The position numbers were made by a program, and so were the translations under genes. Under the pieces are notes generated by a model, which saw only the letters and a program-made list of their open reading frames with translations, did not search any database and was not told where the DNA came from. From an uncultured Gammaproteobacteria bacterium (GTDB taxonomy: Bacteria; Patescibacteriota; Patescibacteriia; Magasanikbacterales; UBA922), in assembly GCA_964571295.1 (NCBI GenBank), contig CAZNAO010000001.1, positions 3,749 through 67,748 of the forward strand: 64,000 nt of DNA. The letters are read 5' to 3'. Positions 45,283 through 55,598 of this stretch are shown here, piece after piece (the stretch's first letter is position 1; each line of letters opens with the position of its first letter).

Positions 45283-46410
45283 ATGAAATTAACATCCACA
45301 CGAGAAAATTTATTGTATAGTCTTGAGATAGCGAATTCATTTGCAGGTAAGCATGCTAACTTACCGATATTACAGAATGTATTACTTCGGGCACATGAGT
45401 CAGGAGTTGAAATCAGTGCAACCAATCTCGAAGTTTCTATTAAAACGCATATACGTGCAAAAGTAGAAGAACCAGGAACTTTTACTGTTCCCGCCCGTAC
45501 GCTTACCGAATATGTGCGTCTCCTTACAAACGACCAGGTAGAACTTTCTCTTGAAGGGTCAGAACTTATCGTACGTTCGGCTGGCTCGGAAACCAAAATA
45601 AAAGGATTTCCTGCCGATGAATATCCGGTTATTCCGGGTATTGAAGAAGGGCATACGTATCTGATCAAGGCGGAATCATTTCGTGAGGCGATTGGGCGTG
45701 TCGTGGTGTCATGTGCAAAGAACGAAATACGGCCTGAATTTTCCGGCGTATTTTGCCGTTTCAATAGCGAGCGTTACTCAGGTCTTCTTATGGCAGCAAC
45801 CGACTCGTATCGCTTGTCTGAAACCCGTATTCCTTTGGCACAGGGTGAGGATCCTGAGGTTACGTGTATCATTCCTGGGCGTGTCATGTACGAGATCGCG
45901 CGCCTGATACAATTGGGCCGGGGACATGAAGGGGAAGAAAACGTCAGGTTGACCGTGAGTACTAATCAGGTGGCGGTCAGATATGATACATTTGAGATGG
46001 TTAGCCGATTGATCGACGGGCGTTATCCGGATTATACACAGATTATCCCTACTTCGTTTAAGACACATGGAACATTTTCCGTGAGTGAGATGATAAACAA
46101 GATCAAGGCAGCGAGTTTGTTTTCAACTGCCGGAGTGAATGCGATTTCGTTCAGCTTTGATGCTGAAAAAAAACAGATAGCCGTTGCGTCAAACAGCACT
46201 CAGACGGGTGAGCATGTTTCATATATCGATACTGCCGTAGAAGGGGATACACAGTCAGTACTTCTCAATCATCGGTACGTACTTGATGGATTGCAACAGA
46301 TCGAAGCGGATGAGGCAGAGATCGAATTAACAACGCCAGACGCACCCTGCCTCATTCGGGTCAAGGGAAATGAGACATTCCAGTATATCGTGATGCCGAT
46401 CAGACAATAA
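45283..46410 (+). CDS. dnaN: DNA polymerase III beta sliding clamp
   Basis: MKLTSTRENLLYSLEIANSF...LPILQNVLL... typical DnaN N-terminus, three-domain length, and position after dnaA. Confidence 0.9.
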   Translation: MKLTSTRENLLYSLEIANSFAGKHANLPILQNVLLRAHESGVEISATNLEVSIKTHIRAKVEEPGTFTVPARTLTEYVRLLTNDQVELSLEGSELIVRSAGSETKIKGFPADEYPVIPGIEEGHTYLIKAESFREAIGRVVVSCAKNEIRPEFSGVFCRFNSERYSGLLMAATDSYRLSETRIPLAQGEDPEVTCIIPGRVMYEIARLIQLGRGHEGEENVRLTVSTNQVAVRYDTFEMVSRLIDGRYPDYTQIIPTSFKTHGTFSVSEMINKIKAASLFSTAGVNAISFSFDAEKKQIAVASNSTQTGEHVSYIDTAVEGDTQSVLLNHRYVLDGLQQIEADEAEIELTTPDAPCLIRVKGNETFQYIVMPIRQ

Positions 46411-46472
46411 TAATCAGAGGAAATAAAAAAAGATGCCAGGTACGGCGTCTTTTTTTATACTACGTTTATATA

Positions 46473-49088
46473 TCACTGGTTAGTTGAAGTTGCTCCTGGT
46501 AAAAGTGGTTCAACATTTAAGGTAAATGGAATATTTTCTTCAATTCGATTTCCAATATCATCTTCCACAATGACCGTAAGGGTGTGTTCTCCCTGGTCAA
46601 AAGGTTCAGCGTAGTACGACAGGTTGAACGGGTGTTGGGTAATAACTCCAACATATACTTCATCGATTTTGTATCTGACTCGTGACACACCTCGGGGTGC
46701 TGATACATTGATCGCAGCTTCTACGAGCCTTGAGTTGAGTACTGTTCCTGGTTTTGGGAATATTACCTCAAGTGTTGGTATCAATTCGAGCGAATATGCA
46801 TCATCATATTCCGTGGGGGGTTCTCCGAAGTTTGGATTCCAGTCCGGGTCTTCAGTGCGCTTCCTCTCAATCCACTCTTGGATACCTTTTTCCCATGATT
46901 CATATTGTGGATCTTGTTCAGGGTGTTCAGGGGCTGGTCCGCGTGGATTGTTTTTGTCGAGATAGTGGAGTATCTCGTGTGGTTGTAGATAGGTTCTTTC
47001 TTCAATGAGGTTTGGTGGGGTTGAACTTGAAACCAATTTTCCGGTGATTTTGTTTACTTGCACTTTTACGGATCCGCCTGAAGATCCTTTCAGTACCGGC
47101 TTGTCCGCGGTGTTTGGTGGAAGAGGTGGAAATGATTCGATAGGCATGCTTTTCACTGCTTCACGCATGAAACGTCCCCAAAGTTGTGCTGCCAGCATAC
47201 TTCCGCTTGAACCTGATTTCATAGAGGTGTTGTCTGTATTTCCAGTCCAAATGCCGACTGCGAGGCTAGGGGTGTACCCGACGGTCCACGCGTCAATATA
47301 ATTGTTCGTAGTACCTGTTTTTGCGGCTACGGAGCGTCCTGGAAGTGTAAGTATTCCTCCGGCACCGAAAATAAATGAACGTGCGCTATCGTCACTTAAA
47401 ACACTAGTAATGGTTGCAGCGACTTCTGGTGCGAGTGCGGTCGTTCCTTTTTCTTTTTTCCATTCTTCAAGTACTTTGCCGGTGTTGTCCTCCACTTTCA
47501 AGATACTTACCGGATCATAATGTACCCCATTATTTGCAAGGGTGGCGTAGGCGTTGGTGTGTTCGAGCACGGTCACTCCTCCGCATCCAAGTACGAGTGC
47601 AAGTCCACAGTCTTCGGTAGTGTCGAGTGTGGTATATCCGAGACGTTTTGCAAAATCAATGCCGTTTTTGGCTCCACCGATCAGATATAGTGTTTTAACT
47701 GCAGGGATGTTAAGCGAGCCGGCAAGGGCCTGGCGCATGGTTAAAGGACCGTATTCTTTAAGGGTGTAGTTGGTTGGTATGTACGGCTTCGTCCCACCTG
47801 GGTTGAAATTGGTTAGCACATCATACAGAATCGTGTCCGGGGTGTACCCCTTTTCGAAAGCTGCGGTATAAATAATAGGCTTGAATGACGAGCCAGGCTG
47901 TCGTTTTCCGAGTGTTGCCACATTGAATTGCCCGTCAATTTCTTCATCATAAAAATCCCGTGACCCGACCATGGCAAGAACTTGTCCTGTTTTTGGATCA
48001 ATAGCAACAAGTGAGGCATTGTTGGCATCTGCGTCTGCTAATGTTTTTGCACCATCTTCACCGCTGATGACATTCTCAGCAATTTGTTGCTTGTCCCAGT
48101 CAAGTGTTGTGATTACCTTTAACCCCCCACGTTCCGTCAGTGCTTCACCATATTTGTCTACCAGTAATTGTTTTACGTAAAGCACGAAATGCGGAGCTTG
48201 GATATTGTACGCTGTGGGTTTGATGGCTAATTCTTCTGCTTGCGCCTGGTTTTTTTCTTCCTCAGTGATGTGTCCGTCGCGATACATTTCTTCCAAGACT
48301 AAATTCCGTCGGTTTTTGAATGCCTCAAGATTATTGAGGTATCGGGTAGGTAGTTGCGGCAGACCGGCGAGTGCTGCTGATTCTGCGAGTGTCAGATCTT
48401 TTACGTTTTTGCCAAAATAGCTTTGTGCTGCTGACTGTACACCGTAGTTCGTTGATCCATACGGAATCTCATTGAAATAAATCTGAAGAATTTGGTCCTT
48501 GGTATATTTCTGTTCCAATCGGATTGAGAGTATCCATTCTTTGACTTTTCGCATGATCGACCGGTCATTAGTAAGGATAGCATTTTTTACCAGCTGCTGG
48601 GTGAGTGTTGATGCTCCTCTGGTTCTCTCCGTGCTTAGAACACCTTGAATTACCACTTTGATGATACTGAGCGGTCGGATACCCTTATGCTGGTAAAAGG
48701 TCTTATCTTCGATCGAGATTACCCCGTTAATTAAATCTTCAGGGATATCTTCGAGTTTTATTAGTGTGCGTTTTTCGTCGGCAAAGATTTCATAGAGCAG
48801 GTGTTCCCCGGTCCGATCATAAATTTTGGTACTTTGCGCCACTTCCCGATCTGTAAGTCGGTTTGGATCAGGGAGATCTTTGCTTGCCCAAGCAACAAGG
48901 ATGGTCGTGCTTACAAAACCGACTACGGCACATGTAAAAAATGCCAGTAACACGTTTCGTTTGCTCAAGAATCGTCTTTTTTTCTTGTTTCGACGATCAT
49001 CCCTCCTATTGTTATTCGGAGGCAGTCTCGAAAAGTCTCGTCCGGTAAGATAGCCGTAACTTCTAGTTTTTAGGCTTGGAATAGGCAT
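46473..49088 (-). CDS. class A penicillin-binding protein (PBP1A-type transglycosylase/transpeptidase)
   Basis: N-terminal TM, GT51 motifs (ISIEDKTFYQHKGI..., RGASTLTQQLVKN), SxxK/SxN/KTG transpeptidase region, and a long C-terminal extension. Confidence 0.85.
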   Translation of the reverse strand: MPIPSLKTRSYGYLTGRDFSRLPPNNNRRDDRRNKKKRRFLSKRNVLLAFFTCAVVGFVSTTILVAWASKDLPDPNRLTDREVAQSTKIYDRTGEHLLYEIFADEKRTLIKLEDIPEDLINGVISIEDKTFYQHKGIRPLSIIKVVIQGVLSTERTRGASTLTQQLVKNAILTNDRSIMRKVKEWILSIRLEQKYTKDQILQIYFNEIPYGSTNYGVQSAAQSYFGKNVKDLTLAESAALAGLPQLPTRYLNNLEAFKNRRNLVLEEMYRDGHITEEEKNQAQAEELAIKPTAYNIQAPHFVLYVKQLLVDKYGEALTERGGLKVITTLDWDKQQIAENVISGEDGAKTLADADANNASLVAIDPKTGQVLAMVGSRDFYDEEIDGQFNVATLGKRQPGSSFKPIIYTAAFEKGYTPDTILYDVLTNFNPGGTKPYIPTNYTLKEYGPLTMRQALAGSLNIPAVKTLYLIGGAKNGIDFAKRLGYTTLDTTEDCGLALVLGCGGVTVLEHTNAYATLANNGVHYDPVSILKVEDNTGKVLEEWKKEKGTTALAPEVAATITSVLSDDSARSFIFGAGGILTLPGRSVAAKTGTTNNYIDAWTVGYTPSLAVGIWTGNTDNTSMKSGSSGSMLAAQLWGRFMREAVKSMPIESFPPLPPNTADKPVLKGSSGGSVKVQVNKITGKLVSSSTPPNLIEERTYLQPHEILHYLDKNNPRGPAPEHPEQDPQYESWEKGIQEWIERKRTEDPDWNPNFGEPPTEYDDAYSLELIPTLEVIFPKPGTVLNSRLVEAAINVSAPRGVSRVRYKIDEVYVGVITQHPFNLSYYAEPFDQGEHTLTVIVEDDIGNRIEENIPFTLNVEPLLPGATSTNQ

Positions 49089-49129
49089 AACTTTTTTCGC
49101 TTAAATAAGCCTTTATTTAGGTTAAACCC

Positions 49130-49158
49130 TTGACAAAAGAGTGAATTTATGGTACTAT
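49130..49158 (+). promoter_or_regulatory. sigma70-like promoter followed by a hairpin plus T-run leader, upstream of the 3D-domain gene
   Basis: TTGACA-17-TACTAT, then AGATACTG-tactc-CAGTATCT-TTTTT at about 49170-49200. Confidence 0.45.
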
Positions 49159-49258
49159 AGCCCGTTCCCAAACGCAAGATACTGTACTCCAGTATCTTTT
49201 TGATTACACGATTTTGGGATCCTTCAGAGGAGAATCTGAGGGTAAGTATACGACATTT

Positions 49259-49798
49259 ATGGGTAAAATAACATATACTGTACGAAAGACGATGCTTGTG
49301 GCTGTACTCAGTGCCGTGCTTATGGCGCCAGTGCTTGCGCCGGCTCCCGTACATGCACAGACTGGACTAGTGAGCTCTGCTCTTAAGGGAATTGTAAGCC
49401 TTTTCTCTTCAGACGAGGTCAAAGCTGATGAGATTGTTCCGAATGTATTCCCTGAGATGAACGACCGCAAGCCCACTCGGGTCATTACTGCGGTTATGAC
49501 TGCCTATTCGAGTGAGGTCGCACAGACCGATGACAGTCCTTGTATTCCTGCTGACTGGAAGTATAATCTCTGTGAGCATTATGAGAAGTATGGTGAGCAG
49601 GATACGATTGCGGCAAACTTTTTACCACTTGGTACTAAAGTACGCTTCCCTGATCTCTATGGAGATAAAGTTTTCACGGTACGTGACCGCATGAATGCGC
49701 GTTATGGTCAGGGGCGAGGTGATATCTGGATGCCAACCCGGGACGAGGCGAAACAATTTGGTGTCAAGAAAGTTACCATGGAAATCTTCACTAGATAA
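49259..49798 (+). CDS. 3D-domain (MltA/RlpA-like) cell-wall-binding protein
   Basis: ATG 49259 gives a signal peptide; the C-terminal part has the 3D-domain pattern (...TAYSSEVAQTDDSPC...LPLGTKVRFPDLYGDKVFTVRDRM...GDIWMPT). Confidence 0.6.
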   Translation: MGKITYTVRKTMLVAVLSAVLMAPVLAPAPVHAQTGLVSSALKGIVSLFSSDEVKADEIVPNVFPEMNDRKPTRVITAVMTAYSSEVAQTDDSPCIPADWKYNLCEHYEKYGEQDTIAANFLPLGTKVRFPDLYGDKVFTVRDRMNARYGQGRGDIWMPTRDEAKQFGVKKVTMEIFTR

Positions 49799-49807
49799 TA
49801 CGTAACT

Positions 49808-49838
49808 AAAAAACTCTTCTGGCAACAGAAGAGTTTTT
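49808..49838. terminator. bidirectional terminator
   Basis: A-run, CTCTTCTG-gcaa-CAGAAGAG, then T-run. Confidence 0.6.
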
Positions 49839-49850
49839 GTATATATTTTG

Positions 49851-49922
<72 letters not shown>

Positions 49923-50032
49923 ACTTTTCTCCAGAGAACATCACCAGAGTACCATAATAACCACTACTTTTCAAGGGTTTTCTTGATGGTTGAAAAAAGA
50001 GGGTTTTTGAGGTAGTATAGGGAGTACTGTAT

Positions 50033-51427
50033 ATGCGTATCAATTGGTACAATTTTTTGTTAGTACTCATGCGGGCGGTCATGTATGTGAAGCGTTTTAT
50101 TTTTTGGGTACTCGGTTTTGTGTGGGCGATGATACTCTCCATCAATCGTGCATATTTGCGCACCCTTGGTTTTCATATTTATCGTGTCATTGACCGAATT
50201 TCGAAGAAATTTCAGAAGTTTTCGTGGAAAAAACAACAAGGTATACTCAATGTATTTGGACGCCGGGGTTTTTTACAGCTCTTATTGTTTATTGTGGCGC
50301 TGTGTATCATGTATCCACATAGTAGACTATATACAAAAAGTTACGATGAAATAGCAGGGCGAAATACGATTTTATATACATTAGTAGGTCCGGGAGATCA
50401 GGCATATACGCTCGATGAAATTATAAGTGGTACTGATTCACTTATGATTACGTCTAATGAATCTTGGAAACAGGTTGCAATATATGGGGGTGACAACTCG
50501 GGATTGACTTCACGTCGCCCGACTGAGTTTACCAGTGTAGCTGCAGGAGGAAGCGCTTTGACTAAGCCGATACTTATGCCTGGGGTTGATTATGGATTAA
50601 CTGATCCAGAAGATGCCACAGTATCTCCTGGATCCCAGCATGAAGTGTTGTATTATGAAGTACAAGAGGGAGATGTGCTTGGGACTATTGCTGCGCGATT
50701 TGGTATCAAAGCTGAAACTATTCTTTCAGCTAATAATTTGACCACACGATCGTACATACGACCGGGGCAGAAGCTGTTGATTTTGCCGGTGGATGGAGTG
50801 GTGCATACGGTCGTGCGAGGTGACACCTTGTCAAAAATTGCGCGTACGTATAGTGGAGCTATCGACACCATTGTACAGTACAACGAGCTTGAAGAGAGCG
50901 GGTCTACACTGAAAGTGGGGAGTCAGATTATTGTTCCTGACGGTATCAAACCCCAGGTGGTAGCCAAGCCCGTAGTGCCGAAGACAACGGTGTTATTGGG
51001 TTCTCCTGAAGCGATCGATAAGGTGACTTCGCCACCACCTTCGGCTGAAGCTCCAGCAGGCAGTGGGTATATTTGGCCGACCGAAGCGACTATTATCACT
51101 CAATACTTCGGTTTGCGTCATACGGGAGTTGATATAGCTGGGAAACAAGGTCTTGCGATTTATGCTACCAAGGCAGGAACCGTTATTACTTCGCAATGCG
51201 GGTGGAATGGTGGATATGGATGTTATATCAAAATTGATCATGGTGGGGGTGTTGTATCATGGTATGGGCACGCATCAAAAATGTTTGTCGAGGTGGGGGA
51301 TGTGGTCGCGCAGGGACAAACCATCGCATTGGTTGGAAATACAGGACGCTCGACTGGACCTCATTTACACTTTGAAATTCGTGTGAACAATAAATATCAG
51401 AATCCCTTGTCATATGTACGAAAATAA
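50033..51427 (+). CDS. M23-family peptidase with two LysM domains
   Basis: N-terminal TM, LysM repeats (YEVQEGDVLGTIAARFGI; HTVVRGDTLSKIARTY), and an M23 core (HTGVDIAG...IKIDHGGG...GHAS...VGNTGRSTGPHLHFEIR). Confidence 0.85.
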   Translation: MRINWYNFLLVLMRAVMYVKRFIFWVLGFVWAMILSINRAYLRTLGFHIYRVIDRISKKFQKFSWKKQQGILNVFGRRGFLQLLLFIVALCIMYPHSRLYTKSYDEIAGRNTILYTLVGPGDQAYTLDEIISGTDSLMITSNESWKQVAIYGGDNSGLTSRRPTEFTSVAAGGSALTKPILMPGVDYGLTDPEDATVSPGSQHEVLYYEVQEGDVLGTIAARFGIKAETILSANNLTTRSYIRPGQKLLILPVDGVVHTVVRGDTLSKIARTYSGAIDTIVQYNELEESGSTLKVGSQIIVPDGIKPQVVAKPVVPKTTVLLGSPEAIDKVTSPPPSAEAPAGSGYIWPTEATIITQYFGLRHTGVDIAGKQGLAIYATKAGTVITSQCGWNGGYGCYIKIDHGGGVVSWYGHASKMFVEVGDVVAQGQTIALVGNTGRSTGPHLHFEIRVNNKYQNPLSYVRK

Positions 51428-51440
51428 GGTTTTTTGTACA

Positions 51441-52958
51441 TCACATTTTGGTACGGAATTGTAGTGCTTCTGCAATGTGCTCTGTCCCAATCATGTCTAC
51501 GTCTGCCAGATCCGCAATCGTACGGGCAACTTTGAGTAATCGGTGGAAACTGCGGGCAGAAAGATTCATGTGCGATACGGCCTGCCGCATGAGCTCAAGC
51601 GATGTATTATTTAATTTGCAAAATTCTTTCAACTCTCTGTTTTTCATCTCAGCGTTAGTTTCAATAGGGAGATTGATAAAACGCCATGTTTGTCGTTGTC
51701 GCGCTTTTTCTATTCGATTCCTGATTGATTCTGATGATTCACTGGTTTCATCTCCTGATAGTTTTTCAAACTCCACGCGCGGAACCTCTACATGCAAGTC
51801 AATCCGGTCAAGCAGGGGGCCACTTATTTTTTTCTTATATCTTTCAATTTGTATCGGTGTACACGTGCATATATGCGCCGAATCGGTTGCGTACCCACAG
51901 GGACATGGATTCTGACTTGCGACCAGCGAGAAACGGGCAGGGAACGAAAGCGTTCCTTGTGCGCGTGAGATGGTGATTATCCCGTCTTCGAGCGGTTGTC
52001 GCAGGTTTTCAAGTACGATTCGCGGAAATTCTGGAAACTCGTCGAGAAATAAAACACCCCGATGTGCTAGTGAAATTTCTCCTGGCTTTGGAAATTTTCC
52101 TCCACCAACTAAGGCAACACCGGAAGCACTGTGGTGGGGTGATCTAAACGGACGTGTTGAAATAATCGGGCGATCGGTCGGCAGTAATCCTGCAACTGAA
52201 TAAATTTTGGTAACCTCAATTATCTCGGCGACGGTCATTCTCGGGAGTATTGAAGGAAGTGTTCGTGCAAGTAGCGTCTTTCCTGAACCAGGAGGTCCAT
52301 TTAGAATAATATTGTGCGCTCCAGCTGCTGCAATTTCGAGTCCACGCTTTGTGAACTCTTGTCCTTTGATTAAAGACATGTCGAGATCGTGCGCATAAGT
52401 ATGTGCCCATTGAGTGACATCTGCAGGTGGTTGTGGTGCGATTCGTTTGGTACCAGTGACATGTGCGATTAATTCAGCAAATGAGGTAACCGGATAGATC
52501 GTAATATTCGGAACGATTGATGCTTCTTCAGCGTTTACTTTTGGTACAAATATCGAGGGTATGTGATGTGTTTGCGCAAAGATGGCAAGTGGAAGAATTC
52601 CGGTCGTGTGGCGCAGAGTTCCGTCGAGTGCGAGTTCGCCAACAAACAGCGACTGAGATATATCACATGCAATTTTTTCTGCAGACAAAAACATCCCAAG
52701 TGCAATTGGGAGGTCATACGCAGATCCTTCTTTTCGCACGTCCGCAGGTGCGAGATTCACGATGATTCTGCTGTTTGCCGGAAACGGAAGATTGGTATTT
52801 TTCCACGCAGTTCTGATGCGCTCACGCGCTTCTTGTATTGCCGTATCAGGCAAACCGACAATGGTGAATCCGGGCCAGGTGCCGGATATGTCAACTTCAA
52901 TCGTGATGGGCGCGCACTCAAGACCGAGCACAGCGGCCGATGGAACGGTAGTAAACAT
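51441..52958 (-). CDS. comM: YifB/ComM-family Mg-chelatase-like AAA+ ATPase
   Basis: SD AAGGAGGG before the ATG. Lon-like N-domain, Walker A NGPPGSGKT, and a C-terminal ChlI/ComM helical domain. Confidence 0.8.
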   Translation of the reverse strand: MFTTVPSAAVLGLECAPITIEVDISGTWPGFTIVGLPDTAIQEARERIRTAWKNTNLPFPANSRIIVNLAPADVRKEGSAYDLPIALGMFLSAEKIACDISQSLFVGELALDGTLRHTTGILPLAIFAQTHHIPSIFVPKVNAEEASIVPNITIYPVTSFAELIAHVTGTKRIAPQPPADVTQWAHTYAHDLDMSLIKGQEFTKRGLEIAAAGAHNIILNGPPGSGKTLLARTLPSILPRMTVAEIIEVTKIYSVAGLLPTDRPIISTRPFRSPHHSASGVALVGGGKFPKPGEISLAHRGVLFLDEFPEFPRIVLENLRQPLEDGIITISRAQGTLSFPARFSLVASQNPCPCGYATDSAHICTCTPIQIERYKKKISGPLLDRIDLHVEVPRVEFEKLSGDETSESSESIRNRIEKARQRQTWRFINLPIETNAEMKNRELKEFCKLNNTSLELMRQAVSHMNLSARSFHRLLKVARTIADLADVDMIGTEHIAEALQFRTKM

Positions 52959-53035
52959 AATCCCTCCTTAAAAATTATGTGATAGAGGGAGTATAGCACA
53001 ATTCAGAGTTAGGAGGAAAATAATTTTAATTGGAA

Positions 53036-53494
53036 TTATTTTTTTTGTTTTTTCAGTAACAATAAAACTCCTACTATAACCATCACGTCTGCAAGATTGA
53101 TGATCGATGTTATGATGCGGATATAGTCGATGGTAAAACCGAATGTGATCCGGTCGATCAGGTTTGAGAGTGCTCCTGCAATAATAAGCGACGCCGCAAA
53201 CAAACGCACGGAGTCTGTTTTTGATTTTTTGACGTAATATATTCCTGCACTAATAATTACGACTGTGAGTGGAATTACGATTATATGTGGAATCGGAATA
53301 CCAAAGGCAATGCCGGTATTTTCGAAATATTCCCACCCGAGCATTCGCTCAATTACATAGTGTCTACTTTCCGGATTGGTTCTCGCGCCATATTTCAGTA
53401 GTTGATCGAGGACTATACCAAAAACGCCACTGAGTATGAGTACCCTTTGGCGTTTGAGCGACGGCTGTAGGCTTGTAAAAAAGTTATACTTCAT
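53036..53494 (-). CDS. lspA: lipoprotein signal peptidase II
   Basis: ATG at 53494 (MKYNFFTSLQ...) overlaps the upstream gene's end by 10 nt. Motifs NTGIAFGI and ...LIIAGALSNLIDR...FNLADVMVIVGVLLLL. Confidence 0.75.
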   Translation of the reverse strand: MKYNFFTSLQPSLKRQRVLILSGVFGIVLDQLLKYGARTNPESRHYVIERMLGWEYFENTGIAFGIPIPHIIVIPLTVVIISAGIYYVKKSKTDSVRLFAASLIIAGALSNLIDRITFGFTIDYIRIITSIINLADVMVIVGVLLLLKKQKK

Positions 53495-53903
53495 CAGTAA
53501 GGAATTTTTTTGCCTCAACCGTACTATTCGAAGTCGGGCGGGCACGAAGACGTTTTTCCCCGATTGGTTTATTGGTAAATTTGCAAATACCGTAGGTTCC
53601 CGCATCGATTCGTTTGAGTGCTGATTCCACATCGCGTAGTTGTTTTTCAAGCACTCCTTCAAGAGATTTATTAGTGATAAAATCTTCCACCTCATGCGCA
53701 TTGTCTTCGGGCTCGGTGCCGTATTTGGGAAATATCGCATTAGTATCTCCTGCGATGCGAGGATTTTTTACGGTAAACGTCCCCAATTCTTCTTCGAGCT
53801 TTCGTTTCTGTTCTAGCAGGGCTTGCTGCATTTCTCGTACAAACTCAGGCGTAAGCCCGGAATCAGGATGTACTTTGATACCAGGGGTGTTTTTCTTTGG
53901 CAT
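53484..53903 (-). CDS. DksA/TraR-family protein with a degenerate zinc finger
   Basis: Coiled-coil N-part; C-terminal GTYGICKFTNKPIGEKRLRARPTSNSTVEAKK retains one Cys of the usual C4 finger. Confidence 0.55.
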   Translation of the reverse strand: MPKKNTPGIKVHPDSGLTPEFVREMQQALLEQKRKLEEELGTFTVKNPRIAGDTNAIFPKYGTEPEDNAHEVEDFITNKSLEGVLEKQLRDVESALKRIDAGTYGICKFTNKPIGEKRLRARPTSNSTVEAKKFLTDEV

Positions 53904-54428
53904 ACGTCATGGGTTAATTGATCTTGGTGGGTAGTATAGCAGAAGGGCTTTAAAAGACGCAAGATTTTTGGAAATAAAAAAACGGCCATCCGTAGGCCCG
54001 TAGTGATGATACTATGTGGCTGGAGGCCGTTAGTTTTCAAGGGTTGGGTCTTTCTCAAGCACTCTCAATCGTTAGGGCATAACGACTCAGATAGCTTGAG
54101 AAAAGCCAGCGATTCCCTGAAAATGTATAACCTGATTGACCACTCAAAGGGTGTTGAATCGGCATTACTGCCATACTCAGACCGTATTTGTTTTTGTTGT
54201 TGGTGTTTATTCCGACGAATCGGAACGGTGAGTAGTCTAATCGGTATATGGTGTGTTCGAGGCGCGAGGCCGAACATCACGTTATCAAAGATCAACAAAT
54301 ACAGTATAGCATATTTTGAATATATGGTCAAGGATTTTAGATAAACCCGTTTTATTTCGCTTTATTGAGCAAAAAAATGTGTATTTTTGTAAAAATCATT
54401 TGTCTATACCAGTGTATACAAATACACA

Positions 54429-54520
54429 CTTATCCCCATATATGTGTACTTTTCCACACACTTATCCCCAATGTCTAGAGTATTGTATACAATTTTATAA
54501 TTTTTTGGGTGGATATCCTG
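54429..54520. promoter_or_regulatory. second cluster of DnaA-box-like motifs in a ~700-nt ORF-poor region
   Basis: TTATCCCCA (54430), TTTTCCACA (54450), TTATCCCCA (54462), and GGTGGATATCC (54509; rc TATCCACC). The same TTATCCCCA variant occurs in the dnaA-dnaN intergenic region. Confidence 0.35.
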
Positions 54521-54751
54521 TGTGTATGATGAAAATGCTTAGTAGAATATTGAAGACGTCTGTCTATTAGGAAGAGAGATCTGTGATTGTTATAAAAAAT
54601 TGCTACATTGAGCTAAAATATCGCCTAAAAGGATTGACAAAATCTTTGGTGTGTACTATACTTGCTCGTTACCAATGTTGGTGACAGTGTTCCTTACAAA
54701 AACGTAGGCACCTATGCCTGAGCTCTGTGCTCGAAAATAGGAGGAGTTCTC

Positions 54752-55540
54752 ATGTTCAGCAAAAACTTCGTTTTCATGATCATCATCCTTCTCGGTGCGT
54801 GTGATGCGGACTACTACGTCGAAGACAGTGATCCGCAACATGGGATCGTCGAGGTCTCCCGGTGCATCGACAGCTTCACCTGTCCCGCGGGGTACGAGTG
54901 TGGTTTTGATCATCGGTGTGTTTTGGTCGAGAGTCAGGAAGAACAAAAAGTGCTTCTCGATCCTGAGTGCAGCGACGAGATCGATTACGTCGTCCGATCT
55001 GTATATCCTCGCACGCCTGATTCTGTCGGGTATGGGGTGGTGGTGAAACTCTCTGACATGGAGAGTGTCCAGGATGTCGAGCTTCTTGAGTTCGAGATCA
55101 GCGCCTGTCGGTACATCACCTTCGACCATCCTTCTGTGTGGATCGAATCGTATGGAGTTTCCGTAGACGAGGAAAATCAGAACGCTGCTGACCCTGAAGG
55201 TGTTATCCTTCCGGACTGGTCGACGAGGTTTTACGACTTTACCATCACTGAAGATGGCGAGGTTGTGTACTACGAAGAGGTTCCTCATGAGATGACTGTT
55301 GCAGATACTAACTGTAGCGCCCAGTTCCATCAGGGTTCTCCTCGAGCGATGGTACCTGGTGAGACGGTAGTATTCACGTTCAGTGCCTCGATCCGTTCGG
55401 AGTTTCCTACCTCGTCCTCGTTCACTGTGGGTGAGCCTCGCTTAGGTTTCAGCATGCCACCGAGTCCGAACCCGTTCGATCGACGTGTTCCGTGGGGTAC
55501 GCACATCACGTATCCACAGATGGTCTTGATCGTTCCTTAG
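54752..55540 (+). CDS. hypothetical acidic lipoprotein (higher G+C)
   Basis: AGGAGG SD 6 nt upstream. Signal plus lipobox MIIILLGAC. Cys-containing acidic product; no family recognised. Terminator hairpin at 55571-55600. Confidence 0.65.
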   Translation: MFSKNFVFMIIILLGACDADYYVEDSDPQHGIVEVSRCIDSFTCPAGYECGFDHRCVLVESQEEQKVLLDPECSDEIDYVVRSVYPRTPDSVGYGVVVKLSDMESVQDVELLEFEISACRYITFDHPSVWIESYGVSVDEENQNAADPEGVILPDWSTRFYDFTITEDGEVVYYEEVPHEMTVADTNCSAQFHQGSPRAMVPGETVVFTFSASIRSEFPTSSSFTVGEPRLGFSMPPSPNPFDRRVPWGTHITYPQMVLIVP

Positions 55541-55598
55541 TTGTCCAGCAATTCGGCCGGACAGCACTAGCCCTGTACTTCGGTGCAGGGTCTTGTTT

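Noticed and set aside
54003-54570. ORFs 54003..54344 (+), 54065..54331 (-) and 54316..54570 (+) in the 700-nt gap
   Set aside because: They have no start context and no domain, and they overlap each other. The region is better explained as non-coding or structured.
54656-55330. Minus-strand ORF 54656..55330 (224 aa)
   Set aside because: It is antisense to the lipoprotein gene, which has a perfect AGGAGG SD and a signal peptide/lipobox.
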